Made by a program: the position numbers and the translations under genes
In this document: one piece after another, positions 26,025 through 38,968 of the stretch
Layout: each line of letters begins with the position of its first letter
How positions within the stretch are numbered: position 1 is the first letter of the stretch
Source of the DNA: an uncultured Muribaculaceae bacterium
Lineage (GTDB): Bacteria; Bacillota_I; Bacilli_A; RF39; UBA660
Reading direction: 5' to 3'
DNA length: 64,000 bases
Assembly: GCA_964533935.1 (NCBI GenBank)
Contig: CAZHOG010000003.1
Span: 40,531 to 104,530, forward strand
Notes under the pieces: model-generated
Told to the model about the DNA's origin: nothing
Databases searched by the model: none
The model's input: the letters and a program-made list of their open reading frames with translations, nothing else

Positions 26025-27179
26025 AAATTAATTCAGTAGCTGATATTGTAATAACAGGACGAACTCCAAAGTTATCAGTACGAATGTAATTTTTGATATT
26101 AAATGATCCTGAACTACCAACAGACCATATAACATTAGGATTATCAGTTGTAGATATTGTCCAATAAGAAGTTGTAAATACAAATGCTAATGCTGAAGAA
26201 CAACTATAAGATTCTTCAAAACATCCCAATGATTCTAATTCTTCTTTTGTTATAAGGCTTGCACTATCTATTGTTGCACCGAATTCTTCTAATTTTGTTT
26301 TATATGTGTTTACATATTCTTCAACTATGCTTCCTGAATAATCACTGTAATTTGTTCCTTTTTGTTCATCTGATGAAAATGCCGTAGTTCCTTTTCTTAA
26401 ACTTTGGCCAGATATATATCCTAACATTGAACTATCTTGTATTCCTGTTGCTTCTTCTCCATATTCTGTCCAATTAGTTCCATCATATGATCCACCAACA
26501 TATAAATTATATTGTGCTAATGCTTTTATATTCGTATCATCATTAGATATTACATAAAAGCTTTCTGTTTTATATGTTATTAAATCACCTACATCTGCAT
26601 GGCCATTGCCATTTTCATCATTTGTTAATGTCCATGTAATTGGTTCTTCTATCTTTACTGTATCACTCCTAGTGTTGCACTAAAAGATGCCCCTTGATAT
26701 GCATTTTGATCATCATCAGAATATTTATAAGTTATTTTTAATGTATATTCTTTTGTAATACTAGCTGCTATATTTATTGAAGCCATTAAATATTCTTTTC
26801 CAGTATTACTAACTGGTAACACTGTTTCCTCAATCACATTACCAGTTTCATCAGATAATGTATACACTAAATCTTCATTAAACTCATTTGTAATATTTTC
26901 TAAATAAATATTATAATCTACTGCTATATTACTTGTATTTTCTACTGTAAATGTTTTTGTAAATGAATCTCCTGGAATTATATCAGATACATTTATTTCT
27001 TGCCCTCCTGTATAAATTAAAGATAACTCATTAGTTTTAATAACTGTTTGAGTATTATTTATCATTCTTACATTTGCACTAAAGTATGCATAAGTAATTC
27101 CTATAACAGAAAACACTAATAATAACATACCAACTATTATTAAGCTTGTTTTTCTTTTCATGATTATTCCTACTTTCAA
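26023..27179 (-). pseudogene. Frameshifted paralogue of the DGR target (TasA-like plus DUF1566-like)
   Basis: ORFs 26655..27179 and 26023..26427 match the N- and C-termini of the 7125..8258 product. I traced the downstream frame open from 26679 to 26023. Comparison with the intact gene shows a 1-nt deletion (GTATC-ACTCC versus GTATCTACTCC) near 26660-26670. Confidence 0.75.
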
Positions 27180-27255
27180 ATTAATTATACTATCTTCATT
27201 AAATTATAACAATTATTCCTTTAGTCAAAATGTAAATATATTGGCAATAAATCAT

Positions 27256-27286
27256 ATAAAAAACTGGTTAATTTCTTAACCAGTTT
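27256..27286 (-). terminator. Terminator after rpoC
   Basis: AAACTGGTTAA-TTTC-TTAACCAGTTT followed by a T run on the minus strand. Confidence 0.65.
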
Positions 27287-27290
27287 AATA

Positions 27291-30200
27291 TTAAGCTAAT
27301 TCTTCTTCTAATTCAGAAGTATCACTATCATCTAAGAATTTTTCTTCTAAATATTCTTGAGCATCATCACCCATGAATTCTTTTTGAAGCATCATTTCAA
27401 TATCACTATATTGTTTAGCACCTGTACCAGCAGGTATTAATTTACCAATAATAACATTTTCTTTTAATCCTCTTAAATGATCAATCTTTCCTTTAACAGC
27501 AGCTTCTGTAAGAACACGTGTTGTTTCTTGGAATGATGCAGCAGATAAGAATGAATCAGTTTCTAGAGATGCTTTAGTAATACCTAACATAATTGGTCTT
27601 CCTTTAGCAGGAACCCCACCTTTTAAGATTACTGGTTTATTAGCATCAGTAAATTCTCTTAATGAAACAGATAATCCTTCAACTAATTCTGTATCTCCAG
27701 CTTCTAGAATTTGAACTTTATTAATCATTCTTTGTACTATTACTTCGATATGTTTATCTGAGATATCAACACCTTGTAATTTATATGTACTTTGAATTTC
27801 TTTTAAGATATATTCTTGAGCAGTTAATGGATCAGTAACAGCTAATAATTCTTTAGGGCTTACAGCACCTTGTGTTAACTTATCACCAGCATTAACTTCA
27901 TCACCTAATTGAACTCTAATTTTCATGTTGTAATTTGTAACATGTTCTTTAGCTTCAACATCATTTTCAATAACGATTTTATATTTACCGTTACTTTCTT
28001 CGATAGAAGTAATTTTACCACTAATTTCAGCAATTGTAGCTTTTCCTTTTGGATTTCTAGCTTCAAATAATTCTTCAACTCTTGGAAGACCTTGAGTGAT
28101 ATCGTCTCCACTAGCAACACCACCTGTATGGAATGTACGCATTGTTAACTGAGTACCAGGTTCACCAATAGATTGGGCAGCCATAATACCAACAGCTTCT
28201 CCAGTTTCAACTAAGTTACCAGTAGCTAAGTTTCTACCATAACATTTTTGACATACTCCATTAGCAGTTTTACATGTTAATACACTTCTGATACTAACTT
28301 TCTTAATACCAGCTTTTGAAATTTTAAGAACAATTGGTTCTGTAATCATTTCACCTTTATCTAAGATTAATTCTTTAGTTTCAGGATTAATAATTTTTTG
28401 TGCTGAGAAACGTCCTAAAATACGTTCAGCAAGTGGTTCAATAACAGAACCATCTTTATCATTAATTAAATCATATACTTCAACACCGTTTATTGAACCA
28501 CAGTCATATTCTTTAACGATTATATCTTGTGCAACATCAACTAAACGTCTTGTTAAGTATCCAGAATCGGCAGTACGTAATGCTGTATCAGCATCTCCTT
28601 TTCTAGAACCATGTGTTGATAAGAAAAATTCAGATACTGTTAATCCTTCAGCAAAGTTTGATATGATTGGAATTTCAACAGTTGAACCATCAGGTTTAGC
28701 CATCAATCCACGCATACCAGCAAGTTGTGAGAAGTTTGAAATAGATCCACGAGCACCAGAGTTCATCATCATGAATACTGGGTTTTCGAAATCTCCACTT
28801 GAAATTTCTTCTAACTCTTTTTGAATTTTTTGGTTTGCTTTTGTCCAAACATCAATTACACTATTATATCTTTCTTCTTCAGTTATTAAACCACGTTTGA
28901 ATTGTTTATTAATTTTTTCAACCATTTCATGTCCTTGCTCAATAACAGCATGTTTTGTTTTAGAAGGAACGATATCTGAAGCAGATACTGTAATACCAGC
29001 AACTGTAGAATATTTGAATCCTAAATCTTTTAATTTATCAAGCATTACTGAAGTTTCAGTAGTTTTATATCTTTTAAATACTTGAGCAATTATTTGACCT
29101 AAAGTCTTTTTAACAAATGGTTTTCCTAAAGGCATTTCTTTAATAGCTTCAGGAATATTAGTACCCATTTCTAAGAAATATTTACTTGGAGTTATTCCTT
29201 CGATATTTTCTTTGCTTCCTTCATTAATATAAGGGAAACTATCTGGTAAAATTTCATTAAATATAACTTTACCTGCTGTAGTAACTAAATATTTATTTCT
29301 TTGTTCTTCAGTAAATATTTTATGTTTAAATGAATTAACTGGAATAGCAATTCTTGTATGAAGTGTTATTTCATGTCTTTGATAAGACATCAATACTTCA
29401 TTAGTATTTTTATAAACTTTACCTTCATTTTCTTCATCAGCTTTTTCAATTGTTAAATAGCAGTTTCCTAAAACCATATCTTGTGATGGAGTAACAATTG
29501 GTTTTCCATCTTTAGGGTTTAAGATATTATTAGCACCTAACATAAGAATTCTAGCTTCTGCTTTTGCTTCTTCTGATAAAGGTACGTGAACAGCCATTTG
29601 GTCACCATCAAAATCGGCATTAAATGCAGCACATACTAATGGGTGTAATCTAATAGCTTTTCCACCAACTAATTTTGGTTCAAATGCTTGAATACCAAGT
29701 CTATGTAATGTTGGTGCACGGTTTAACATAACTGGATGTTCTGTTATTGCATCCTCAACAACATCCCATACACATTCATCTCTATTTTCGATTAATTTTT
29801 TAGCACCTTTAATATTATGAGCTAAACCTCTTTCAACGAGTCCATGAATAACATGTGGTTTAAATAATTCAAGTGCCATTTCTTTTGGAATACCACATTG
29901 ATACATCTTTAAGTTTGGTCCAACAACGATAACTGAACGTCCAGAATAATCAACACGTTTTCCTAATAAGTTTTGACGGAAACGTCCTTGTTTCCCTTTT
30001 AACATACTAGATAAAGATTTTAAAGGTCTATTTCCAGCAGCTGTAACACTTCTTCCACGACGTCCATTATCAAATAATGAATCAACAGCTTCTTGAAGCA
30101 TACGTTTTTCATTTTGAACAATAATGCTTGGAGCACCAAGTTCTAATAATTTTTTAAGACGATTATTACGGTTAATAATTCTTCTATATAAATCATTTAA

Positions 30201-30959
30201 ATCAGATGTAGCAAAACGTCCACCATCTAATTGAATCAATGGTCTAAGTTCTGGAGAAATAACTGGTAATACAGTTAATACCATCCATTCAGGTCTATTA
30301 CCTGACTCAGCAAATGAAACTAAACAATCTAAACGTTTAACAAGTCTTAATTTCTTTTGACCAGATGCGTTTTCGATTTCTTTTCTTAAATCTTCAATTT
30401 CTTTATCAAGATCAACTTCAGCAAGTAATTCTCTAATTGCTTCAGCACCCATACCAACTTTAAATGTGTTTCCATATTTTTCATAGTATGCTCTATATTC
30501 TTTATCTGATAAAGTTTGTTTTTTCTCTAAAGGACATTTTCCAGGATCAATAACAACATAACTTACAAAGTAAATTACTTCTTCAAGATCTCTTGGAGAC
30601 ATATCTAATACAAGACCCATCTTAGATGGAATTCCTTTAAAAAACCAAATGTGAGAACAAGGAGATGCAAGTTCAATATGTCCCATACGTTCACGACGTA
30701 CTTTAGAACTAGTAACTTCTACTCCACATCTATCACATACAACATTTTTGTATCTTAATCTCTTGTATTTTCCACAAGAACATTCAAAATCTTTTGTAGG
30801 TCCAAAAATCTTTTCACAGAATAAACCATCTCTTTCAGGTTTTAATGTACGATAATTGATTGTTTCTGGTTTTTTAACTTCACCATATGACCAACTTAGG
30901 ATTTTTTCAGGAGAAGCAATCCCTATTTTAATACCATTAAAATTATTAGCTTCTATCAT
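27291..30959 (-). CDS. rpoC: DNA-directed RNA polymerase subunit beta'
   Basis: NADFDGDQM catalytic motif, zinc-binding CSCGKYK...CDRCGVEV, 1222 aa. Confidence 0.98.
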   Translation of the reverse strand: MIEANNFNGIKIGIASPEKILSWSYGEVKKPETINYRTLKPERDGLFCEKIFGPTKDFECSCGKYKRLRYKNVVCDRCGVEVTSSKVRRERMGHIELASPCSHIWFFKGIPSKMGLVLDMSPRDLEEVIYFVSYVVIDPGKCPLEKKQTLSDKEYRAYYEKYGNTFKVGMGAEAIRELLAEVDLDKEIEDLRKEIENASGQKKLRLVKRLDCLVSFAESGNRPEWMVLTVLPVISPELRPLIQLDGGRFATSDLNDLYRRIINRNNRLKKLLELGAPSIIVQNEKRMLQEAVDSLFDNGRRGRSVTAAGNRPLKSLSSMLKGKQGRFRQNLLGKRVDYSGRSVIVVGPNLKMYQCGIPKEMALELFKPHVIHGLVERGLAHNIKGAKKLIENRDECVWDVVEDAITEHPVMLNRAPTLHRLGIQAFEPKLVGGKAIRLHPLVCAAFNADFDGDQMAVHVPLSEEAKAEARILMLGANNILNPKDGKPIVTPSQDMVLGNCYLTIEKADEENEGKVYKNTNEVLMSYQRHEITLHTRIAIPVNSFKHKIFTEEQRNKYLVTTAGKVIFNEILPDSFPYINEGSKENIEGITPSKYFLEMGTNIPEAIKEMPLGKPFVKKTLGQIIAQVFKRYKTTETSVMLDKLKDLGFKYSTVAGITVSASDIVPSKTKHAVIEQGHEMVEKINKQFKRGLITEEERYNSVIDVWTKANQKIQKELEEISSGDFENPVFMMMNSGARGSISNFSQLAGMRGLMAKPDGSTVEIPIISNFAEGLTVSEFFLSTHGSRKGDADTALRTADSGYLTRRLVDVAQDIIVKEYDCGSINGVEVYDLINDKDGSVIEPLAERILGRFSAQKIINPETKELILDKGEMITEPIVLKISKAGIKKVSIRSVLTCKTANGVCQKCYGRNLATGNLVETGEAVGIMAAQSIGEPGTQLTMRTFHTGGVASGDDITQGLPRVEELFEARNPKGKATIAEISGKITSIEESNGKYKIVIENDVEAKEHVTNYNMKIRVQLGDEVNAGDKLTQGAVSPKELLAVTDPLTAQEYILKEIQSTYKLQGVDISDKHIEVIVQRMINKVQILEAGDTELVEGLSVSLREFTDANKPVILKGGVPAKGRPIMLGITKASLETDSFLSAASFQETTRVLTEAAVKGKIDHLRGLKENVIIGKLIPAGTGAKQYSDIEMMLQKEFMGDDAQEYLEEKFLDDSDTSELEEELA

Positions 30960-33900
30960 AGTAAATCACTCTCCTCATTTAAATCTTCTAAATCTTCTGG
31001 AAAATCAATTTCTTCCTCTTCTTCTTCGAATTCATCAATTTCTTCTACAATTGGTTCTGGATCTGCAGGTTCTTCAAAAGTTTCAGCGTCAATTTGTTCA
31101 ATTTTTACCGCTTCCTCTTGATCTTCTTCAACTTCCATATCTTTGAAATCAACTAATTCATTATCTTTATTTAATATTTGAATATCAAGACCTAGTGCTT
31201 GTAATTCTTTTATTAATACTCTAAAGCTCTCTGGAACACCAGCTTGGTTAATAGTTTTACCTTTTACTAATGCTTCATAAACTTTAACACGACCAACTAC
31301 ATCATCTGATTTAACAGTTAAGATTTCTTGTAGAACATGTGCAGCACCATATGCATATAATGCCCAAACTTCCATTTCTCCAAATCTTTGTCCACCAAAT
31401 TGTGCTTTACCACCTAAAGGTTGTTGTGTAACAAGTGAATAAGGTCCTGTTGCACGAGCATGTAATTTGTCATCAACCATGTGGTGTAATTTAACCATGT
31501 ACATAACACCAACATTAATTTTATTATCGAATGGTTCACCAGTACGTCCATTAATTAATGTAACTTTTCCATCTTCTGGCATACCAGCTTCACGCATTTC
31601 TTCATGAATATCTTCTAAGTTTGCACCATCAAATACTGGAGTGGCATATTTAACACCTAAATTTTTACCAGCTAATCCTAAATGCATTTCTAATACTTGT
31701 CCAATGTTCATACGAGAAGGAACTCCTAATGGATTTAACATGATATCAACTGGACGACCATCTGGTAAATATGGCATATCTTCTTCTGGTAAGATTAATG
31801 ATATAACACCTTTATTACCATGTCTTCCTGACATCTTATCTCCAACTTGAATTTTTCTCTTTTGAATTATATATACTCTAATAATTTTGAATACACCAGC
31901 AGGTAATTCATCACTATTTTCTTTTGTATAAACTTTAACATCATGAACAATACCATCTGCTCCATGATCTACTCTTAATGAAGTATCTCTTACTTCACGA
32001 GTTTTCTCACCAAATATAGCATGTAATAGTTTTTCTTCACTAGTTAATTCTTGTACTCCTTTTGGAGTTACTTTACCAACTAAAATATCACCTTCATGTA
32101 CTTCAGTACCAATTCTGATAATACCTTCGCTGCTTAAGTTTTTACGTGCATCTTCAGAAATATTTGGAATATCTCTTGTAATTTCTTCAGGTCCAAGTTT
32201 AGTATCACGACATTCAATATCATAATGTTCAAGATGTAATGATGTATAAGCATCATCTTTAACTAATTTTTCACTTAAAATTACAGCATCTTCATAGTTA
32301 TATCCATTATATGTCATGAATGCAACAGTCATATTTTTACCAACTGCTAATTCTCCTCTTTGAGTAGATGGTCCATCAGCAATAACTTGACCCATTTTAA
32401 TTTTGTCACCTTTTTTAACTAAAGGAACATGATTTATACAAGTTGCAGCATTACTTCTTTCATAGTTAGCTAAATAATAAGTATCTTTGCCTTTAGCATT
32501 TTTAACTATAATTTTCTTAGAATCAACATAATCTATAACTCCATCAGCTTTTGAAACTACTGAAGATCCAGAATATTTAGCTGCTACACATTCAACACCA
32601 GTACCAACAATTGGTGATTCTGTTGTTAAAAGTGGAACTGCTTGACGTTGCATGTTGGCACCCATCAATGTTCTGTGGGCATCATCATAATCCAAGAAAG
32701 GAATACAACTAGTAGTAATAGCAACGATTTGTGCTGGAGAAACGTCTACAAAGTTTACTTCTTCACGTTTAGCCATAACGTTGTCGCCATTCATTCTAAC
32801 TACAACTTCATCATCTATTATTCTATTATTATCATCCATTGCAACTGTTGCTTGAGAAATAAAATAATCTTTTTCTTCATCAGCAGTTAAATAACAAATT
32901 TCATCTGTAACTACACCATCAACAACTTTATGATATGGAGTCATTACAAATCCATAATCATTTATTTTTGCATATCCAGCTAATGATGTAATTAACCCGA
33001 TATTTTGTCCTTCTGGTGATTCTATTGGACATATTCTACCATAGTGAGATGGATTGATATCACGAACATCCATACCAGCTCTTTCACGAGAAAGTCCGCC
33101 TGGCCCTAGAGATGATAAACGTCTCTTATCAGTTAATTCAGCTAATGGATTAATTTGTTCCATGAATTTTGATAATTGAGAACTACCAAAGAATTCTTTT
33201 AATACAGCAGTAACAGGTCTAATATTAATCAAAGATTTTGGAGTAACATTTTCAAGTTCTTGAGTAGTCATTCTTTCACGAATAACTCTTTCCATTCTTG
33301 CCATACCAACTCTAAATTGTCCTTGGATTAATTCTCCAACTTGTCTAACACGACGATTTCCTAAATTATCGATTTCATCATCATTTCCAATACCATCTTG
33401 TAAATTTAAATAATAAGAAATTGATGCATAAATATCAGAAATAGTTAATCTTCTAACATCGATAGATTGATCATTACCAATAACTTTAATAATTTTTGTA
33501 TCATCATTTTTATCATAAACTAATATTTCTTGAATTTGATCATAATCATCTAAATCTTCATTAATAATAGTTTTCTTAAGACCATAACCAGCTTCTAAAG
33601 CAGGTTTGATTTCTTCTAATACTTTTTTGTTAACTACAGTACCTTGTGCAGCAACAACTTTACCATTTTCATCCTTAATATCTTCAGCTAATGTACAATT
33701 AAGTAAACGATCTGCAACATTTAATTTTTTATTAAATTTGTAACGACCTACTTTAGCTAAATCATAACGGAATTTATCAAAGAATCTAACAACTAATTGA
33801 TTTTTTGCTGAATCTAAAGTAGCAGGTTCCCCTGGTCTTAATTTTTCAAAAATTTCAATTAATGCTTCATCAGTATTTTTAGTTGTATCTTTTTCAAAAG

Positions 33901-34558
33901 AATTAGCAATATATTGATTTTCACCAAATACACTTATAATATCTTCATCACTAGATAAACCTAATGCACGTAAGAATGTTGTAATAGGTACTTTTCTTGT
34001 ACGGTCTATTCTAACATAGTAAACATCCCTAGCGTCCAATTCATATTCTAGCCAAGTTCCTTTATTTGGAATAATTTCACCGTTAACAATACGACGACCA
34101 TTTTTATCTATTTCTTTTTTGAAATAAACAGATGGACTACGTACTAATTGAGAAACAATAACACGTTCTGCACCATTTATAATAAATGTTCCAGCATCAG
34201 TCATCATAGGCATATCACCTAAGAAGATTTCTTGTTCTTTTACTTCTCCAGTTTCATGGATGAATACTCTTGCTTGAACCTTTAAAGGCATAGCATAAGT
34301 AACCATTCTTTCTTTTGATTCCTTGATTGAATATCTAGGCTCGTCAAAAGAATAGTCACCGAAATCAAGAGTCACATTACCTGTAAAACTTTCAACAGGA
34401 AATAAATCCTCAAATATTTCCTTTATTCCTTCTTCTAAAAACCAATTGTATGATTTTTTTTGGATTTCCAACAAATCCGTAAGCTCCATAGTGTTTTTTG
34501 ACTTTGAGAATGTGCGTCTTTCAGCATAATCTCCAAATTTTTTAACTTTATAAGCCAC
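30956..34558 (-). CDS. rpoB: DNA-directed RNA polymerase subunit beta, with acidic C-terminal tail
   Basis: [27 protein letters not shown]. Overlaps rpoC by 4 nt. Confidence 0.98.
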   Translation of the reverse strand: MAYKVKKFGDYAERRTFSKSKNTMELTDLLEIQKKSYNWFLEEGIKEIFEDLFPVESFTGNVTLDFGDYSFDEPRYSIKESKERMVTYAMPLKVQARVFIHETGEVKEQEIFLGDMPMMTDAGTFIINGAERVIVSQLVRSPSVYFKKEIDKNGRRIVNGEIIPNKGTWLEYELDARDVYYVRIDRTRKVPITTFLRALGLSSDEDIISVFGENQYIANSFEKDTTKNTDEALIEIFEKLRPGEPATLDSAKNQLVVRFFDKFRYDLAKVGRYKFNKKLNVADRLLNCTLAEDIKDENGKVVAAQGTVVNKKVLEEIKPALEAGYGLKKTIINEDLDDYDQIQEILVYDKNDDTKIIKVIGNDQSIDVRRLTISDIYASISYYLNLQDGIGNDDEIDNLGNRRVRQVGELIQGQFRVGMARMERVIRERMTTQELENVTPKSLINIRPVTAVLKEFFGSSQLSKFMEQINPLAELTDKRRLSSLGPGGLSRERAGMDVRDINPSHYGRICPIESPEGQNIGLITSLAGYAKINDYGFVMTPYHKVVDGVVTDEICYLTADEEKDYFISQATVAMDDNNRIIDDEVVVRMNGDNVMAKREEVNFVDVSPAQIVAITTSCIPFLDYDDAHRTLMGANMQRQAVPLLTTESPIVGTGVECVAAKYSGSSVVSKADGVIDYVDSKKIIVKNAKGKDTYYLANYERSNAATCINHVPLVKKGDKIKMGQVIADGPSTQRGELAVGKNMTVAFMTYNGYNYEDAVILSEKLVKDDAYTSLHLEHYDIECRDTKLGPEEITRDIPNISEDARKNLSSEGIIRIGTEVHEGDILVGKVTPKGVQELTSEEKLLHAIFGEKTREVRDTSLRVDHGADGIVHDVKVYTKENSDELPAGVFKIIRVYIIQKRKIQVGDKMSGRHGNKGVISLILPEEDMPYLPDGRPVDIMLNPLGVPSRMNIGQVLEMHLGLAGKNLGVKYATPVFDGANLEDIHEEMREAGMPEDGKVTLINGRTGEPFDNKINVGVMYMVKLHHMVDDKLHARATGPYSLVTQQPLGGKAQFGGQRFGEMEVWALYAYGAAHVLQEILTVKSDDVVGRVKVYEALVKGKTINQAGVPESFRVLIKELQALGLDIQILNKDNELVDFKDMEVEEDQEEAVKIEQIDAETFEEPADPEPIVEEIDEFEEEEEEIDFPEDLEDLNEESDLL

Positions 34559-34656
34559 AATTTCACCCCAATATCTAAATATTTATTTTAGCGCTCTGCC
34601 AAAGAAAAAATTAACACGTCACCAATTTATAATTTTATCAGTAACATACCTTAATG

Positions 34657-35247
34657 TCAACATATTTTAGCTTTATAAATATAAAAACCTTTATCTTTGT
34701 CCATTAATTCTACTTTATAGTATTTTTCTAATTCCTTAGCAATACTTTTAGCTCCTTGATCCTTTCGGATAACAAACCAAAGTTCACCATCTATATTTAA
34801 AAATTCTCTAGCTTTATCAAGAATTTCTAAAACAACTTTTTTCCCCGCTCTTATTGGAGGATTACTCACAACAATATTATATTTTCCGGTAACATTTTCA
34901 TAAATATTGCTTTCCAATACTTTTGCCTTAATATTGTTTTCCTTTATGTTCATTTCTGTTAAATGAACTGCCCTTTTATTTATATCAACCATCGTAACAT
35001 CATAATTCATTATTTTGGCAAGTGAAATACCTATAAATCCATATCCACAACCAACATCTAAAATATTTAAATTTTTTTCACAATTTTTAATAATTGTTTC
35101 AATTAAAAGTTTACTTCCATAATCTAAATGATTTTTTGAAAACACTCCATTATCACTATTGAATCTCAATAAAAAGCCACCATTTTCATAATTAATGGTC
35201 CTAAGTTCGCTCTTTAAATTTTCATTGTTAGTAAAATAATGTGCCAA
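34657..35247 (-). CDS. Class I SAM-dependent methyltransferase (YbxB/RsmC-like)
   Basis: ILDVGCGYGFIG, VSNPPIRAGK. It sits just upstream of rpoB, as ybxB does in Bacillus. Confidence 0.7.
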   Translation of the reverse strand: MAHYFTNNENLKSELRTINYENGGFLLRFNSDNGVFSKNHLDYGSKLLIETIIKNCEKNLNILDVGCGYGFIGISLAKIMNYDVTMVDINKRAVHLTEMNIKENNIKAKVLESNIYENVTGKYNIVVSNPPIRAGKKVVLEILDKAREFLNIDGELWFVIRKDQGAKSIAKELEKYYKVELMDKDKGFYIYKAKIC

Positions 35248-35325
35248 AAAATCACCATTTTCTAAAAAGTTCCAAGTGCTTTCATTATACTATAATATAA
35301 ATTTATAGTCAATTACATTATTTCA

Positions 35326-35353
35326 TTAAAAAAATGAAGAATACATCTTCATT
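35326..35353 (-). terminator. Terminator downstream of ftsK
   Basis: AATGAAGA-ATACA-TCTTCATT followed by T7 on the minus strand. Confidence 0.55.
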
Positions 35354-35460
35354 TTAATTAACATTGATCAGTACAATACGCAGAATATGAAGTTATTAAT
35401 TTTTTATTCCATGTATTTGATGAATTTATAAACATCTTATATGTATATAAGGTTTGTTCA

Positions 35461-37677
35461 CTACTCTTCACCATTATTCTCTAATTTAACTAATACTTCA
35501 CGAGGTTTAGAACCATTTTGTGGTCCTATTATTCCTCTTTCTTCTAACAAATCAACTATTCTTGCAGCTCTATTATAACCAAGTCTAAATCTTCTTTGTA
35601 ATAATGAAGCACTAATTTTACCATTTTGAATAGCAAATTCAACAACTTCATTATATATTGGATCATCATATTCTTCTTTTTCTCCAGATCCCCCAGTAGA
35701 ACCAGATGATACAGGTTCATCTAAATTCATAGCTTCATCATAAGTTGCAACTTGTTCTTTGCAAACATAATCAATTACTCTTCTAATTTCATCATCAGAT
35801 ATAAAACATCCTTGAATACGTTGTGGAACATTTTCACCCATTGGAAGGAATAACATATCTCCTTTTCCAAGTAATTTTTCAGCACCACCCATATCTAAGA
35901 TTGTTCTTGAATCTATATTTGATGCAACTGCAAAAGCAATTCTTGATGGAATGTTTGCTTTAACTACACCTGTAATAACATCTGTTGATGGTCTTTGTGT
36001 AGCAACAATTAAATGAATTCCTGCAGCACGAGCCATTTGTGTAATACGCATTATTGAATCTTCAACATCTTTTGCAGCAACTAACATTAAATCTGCAAGT
36101 TCATCTATTATTACAACTAAATAATGCATTTTTTTCTTAATGTTTTCTGGATGTTTTTGATTTTCTTTAACAATCATATTATTATAAGCTTCAATATTTT
36201 TTACTCCAGTATCACTAAATACATCATAACGTCTTTCCATTTCTGCAACTACTTTTTGTAATGCTATAGAAGCTTTTTTCGGATTAGTAATTACTGGAAT
36301 CAATAAATGTGGAACACCATTGTAATTTGACAATTCAACCTTCTTTGGATCTACTAAAACTAATTTACATTCATCAGGTCTATATTTCATTAAAATAGAT
36401 GCAATAATACTGTTGGTACATACTGATTTACCACTACCAGTAGAACCAGCAATTAATAAGTGTGGCATTTTAGACAAATCTGCAAGTTTGCCATTACCCA
36501 TAATATCTTTTCCTAAGGCAACATTTATTTTTCCACTATCTTGAGAATTATTTATTAATATTTCTTTAATCTTAACTGGTGAAACAATAGCATTTGGTAT
36601 TTCAATTCCAACTGTACTTTTTCCTGGAATTGGTGCTTGAATTCTTACATCTTTTGCAGCAAGTGCCAAAGATATTTCTTTATTAATAGCACTTATTCTA
36701 CTTAATTTTGTTCCAGCAGGTACTGTTATTTCATATTGTGTAACAGCAGGGCCTACGTGAATTTCTACAACTTTACCAGCAATTTGAAAATCTGATAATA
36801 CTCTTTCAAGAGTATCTTTATTTGATTTAATAAATTCAGTTGAATTAGTTTTCTTTGGTTTTTGTGGATCATCAAGTAAATTAAGTGGTGGTAATTTATA
36901 ATTACTTACTACTATATCAGTATCTTTAACTGGTGCTAAAGTTTCAGGGATTTTTTGAGCTCCAACTTTTAATTCATCAACACTAGAAATAATAATCTTA
37001 TCATCTTTTTTAGATTCATCTTCTTCATCTTCATATTCTAAGGTATCAACATTAAATTTCTTCTTAGGTTCTTTTTCTTTATGTTCTCTTTTAAATATTC
37101 CAAATACTTTTTTTAACATATCAGTTAAAGTAATTTCAAATAACATAATAAAACCAAATAACGCTAATATTACTAAAACTATTAATGTTCCTTTTTCACC
37201 AAAACATGTTGCAAAAATAAATGCAAAAAAGGCTCCAATAATTCCTCCACCAATTGAAATTGAAGTTTGACCTGTTGTTCCGATTTTAGCTGTTGCGCTT
37301 ATTGTTGCAATTCTATTCATAAAATTATCTATTGTTGTTTTTAATATATCAGATGATTTAGCACATTCTTGAATAAATGGAATATGTGACCAAACTAATA
37401 AAACTATTAATAATATATATATTCCAATTAATCTAGATGTAAAAAAGTTAGGCATTTTTCTTTTGAAAAGCATATAAGCTCCTAAAAATAAAACTAATAA
37501 TAATATTAAAACCCACCAATTGCCTAATAAGAACATAGCAAACTTTTTAATTAAATTACCTACTGGTCCAAATCCTACCCCAATTATACCAATTAGAATA
37601 AGTAATAAACCTGTTAATTCTACACTATATTGAAAACTTTCTTTTTCAGTTTGTTTACTTTTTTTCTTCTTTGCCAT
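35461..37677 (-). CDS. ftsK: DNA translocase FtsK/SpoIIIE
   Basis: N-terminal TM domain, HLLIAGSTGSGKS, VVIIDELADLM, C-terminal gamma wHTH (SASLLQRRFRLGYNRAARIVD). Confidence 0.92.
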   Translation of the reverse strand: MAKKKKSKQTEKESFQYSVELTGLLLILIGIIGVGFGPVGNLIKKFAMFLLGNWWVLILLLVLFLGAYMLFKRKMPNFFTSRLIGIYILLIVLLVWSHIPFIQECAKSSDILKTTIDNFMNRIATISATAKIGTTGQTSISIGGGIIGAFFAFIFATCFGEKGTLIVLVILALFGFIMLFEITLTDMLKKVFGIFKREHKEKEPKKKFNVDTLEYEDEEDESKKDDKIIISSVDELKVGAQKIPETLAPVKDTDIVVSNYKLPPLNLLDDPQKPKKTNSTEFIKSNKDTLERVLSDFQIAGKVVEIHVGPAVTQYEITVPAGTKLSRISAINKEISLALAAKDVRIQAPIPGKSTVGIEIPNAIVSPVKIKEILINNSQDSGKINVALGKDIMGNGKLADLSKMPHLLIAGSTGSGKSVCTNSIIASILMKYRPDECKLVLVDPKKVELSNYNGVPHLLIPVITNPKKASIALQKVVAEMERRYDVFSDTGVKNIEAYNNMIVKENQKHPENIKKKMHYLVVIIDELADLMLVAAKDVEDSIMRITQMARAAGIHLIVATQRPSTDVITGVVKANIPSRIAFAVASNIDSRTILDMGGAEKLLGKGDMLFLPMGENVPQRIQGCFISDDEIRRVIDYVCKEQVATYDEAMNLDEPVSSGSTGGSGEKEEYDDPIYNEVVEFAIQNGKISASLLQRRFRLGYNRAARIVDLLEERGIIGPQNGSKPREVLVKLENNGEE

Positions 37678-37756
37678 ACTTTATCACCTTATCATAATTA
37701 AATTATAAACTATTTACTTGTAATTTGCAAAAGCATTTACTATTTTTAGACAAATA

Positions 37757-37782
37757 AAAATGACTTATAAATAAGTCATTTT
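37757..37782 (-). terminator. Hairpin after thiI
   Basis: AAAATGACTTAT-AA-ATAAGTCATTTT. Confidence 0.45.
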
Positions 37783-38968
37783 ATAAAATATCTTCAAATT
37801 CGTTTACTATCTTATTACTAATATTAATAATTTCATGTTCTTTAATTGCTTCAGATATCAATTCTTCCCAAGGAATCTTTTTTTCATATTCTTCGCATTT
37901 AGCTATTTCAGGATTAATAACTGGATGTTTAGGGACAAAAATTGTACAACAATCTTCAAATGGTAATATACTTGTTTCAAATGTTTTAATATTATTAGCA
38001 ATATCTATTATTTCTAATTTATCAAAACAAGCAAGAGGCCTAATAACTGGCATTTTAATTACACTATTAATTGCATTCATACTTGTTAAAGTTTGACTAG
38101 CAACTTGACCAATGCTTTCACCATTTATTAAAATACTACAACGATTTCGATATGCAATTTTAGAAGAAATTCGATACATCATTCTTCTCATTATTGTAAT
38201 CAAATATTCGTGTTCAATATTTTTATATATCGCTTCTTGAATCTTTGTGAAATTAATAACATGTAGTTTTAAATTTCCATTATAATTTGTTAATATTCTT
38301 GCTAATTCTTTTACTTTATTTTTTGCTTCTAATGATGTATGTGGAGGACTTTCAAAATAAATTGCTTCGAGTCTTACTCCACGCTTACAAGTTAAGTATC
38401 CAGCAACTGGAGAATCAATTCCACCTGACAACATTAATAATCCTTTACCTAATGTTCCAACCGGATAACCACCTGCTCCAACTATTTTATCAAAATAAAT
38501 ATAGAATGCATCATTTCTTAATTCAACATTAATTAATAAATCTGGATTATGAACATCAACAGAAATATTTTCTTTATTTTTTAAAACAACAGCACCTAAA
38601 TCTCTACTTATTTCCATACTATTTTTTTCTATTTTTTTGTTACTTCTTTTAGTTTCAACTTTAAAAGTTTTAAAATCTTTTTGACTTATTAATTCAATTA
38701 AGCTTTTATCTAATTCTTCAAAATCATTGCTAATTTTATAACCAATGATAATTTCATGAATTCCAAAAATAGTTTTTAATTTATTTGTTACTTCTTCAAA
38801 ATTATCATCATTTAAAAAAATAAACATTCTTCCTTTATCAAATTGAATTTTAACATTAAAATCAACTAATGCTTCAGCAATATTTCTCTTTAATGCACTT
38901 AAAAATAATCCAATATTATCTTTTTTAGTTGTCAATTCTCCATATTTAATTATTATAATTTTTTCCAT
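37781..38968 (-). CDS. thiI: tRNA 4-thiouridine synthase
   Basis: THUMP-like N-terminus, PP-loop LSGGIDSPVA. Confidence 0.85.
   Translation of the reverse strand: MEKIIIIKYGELTTKKDNIGLFLSALKRNIAEALVDFNVKIQFDKGRMFIFLNDDNFEEVTNKLKTIFGIHEIIIGYKISNDFEELDKSLIELISQKDFKTFKVETKRSNKKIEKNSMEISRDLGAVVLKNKENISVDVHNPDLLINVELRNDAFYIYFDKIVGAGGYPVGTLGKGLLMLSGGIDSPVAGYLTCKRGVRLEAIYFESPPHTSLEAKNKVKELARILTNYNGNLKLHVINFTKIQEAIYKNIEHEYLITIMRRMMYRISSKIAYRNRCSILINGESIGQVASQTLTSMNAINSVIKMPVIRPLACFDKLEIIDIANNIKTFETSILPFEDCCTIFVPKHPVINPEIAKCEEYEKKIPWEELISEAIKEHEIINISNKIVNEFEDIL

Noticed and set aside
27923-34558. Short ORFs inside rpoC/rpoB (27923..28123, 28897..29085, 30856..31146, 31641..31850, 32642..32890)
   Set aside because: These are shadow ORFs in alternative frames or antisense to highly conserved genes, with low-complexity translations.
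35355-35460. 25-codon Cys-containing ORF (MFINSSNTWNKKLITSYSAYCTDQC) between the ftsK stop and its terminator
   Set aside because: It has no convincing Shine-Dalgarno sequence and no partner modification or export genes nearby. It is too short to distinguish from chance.
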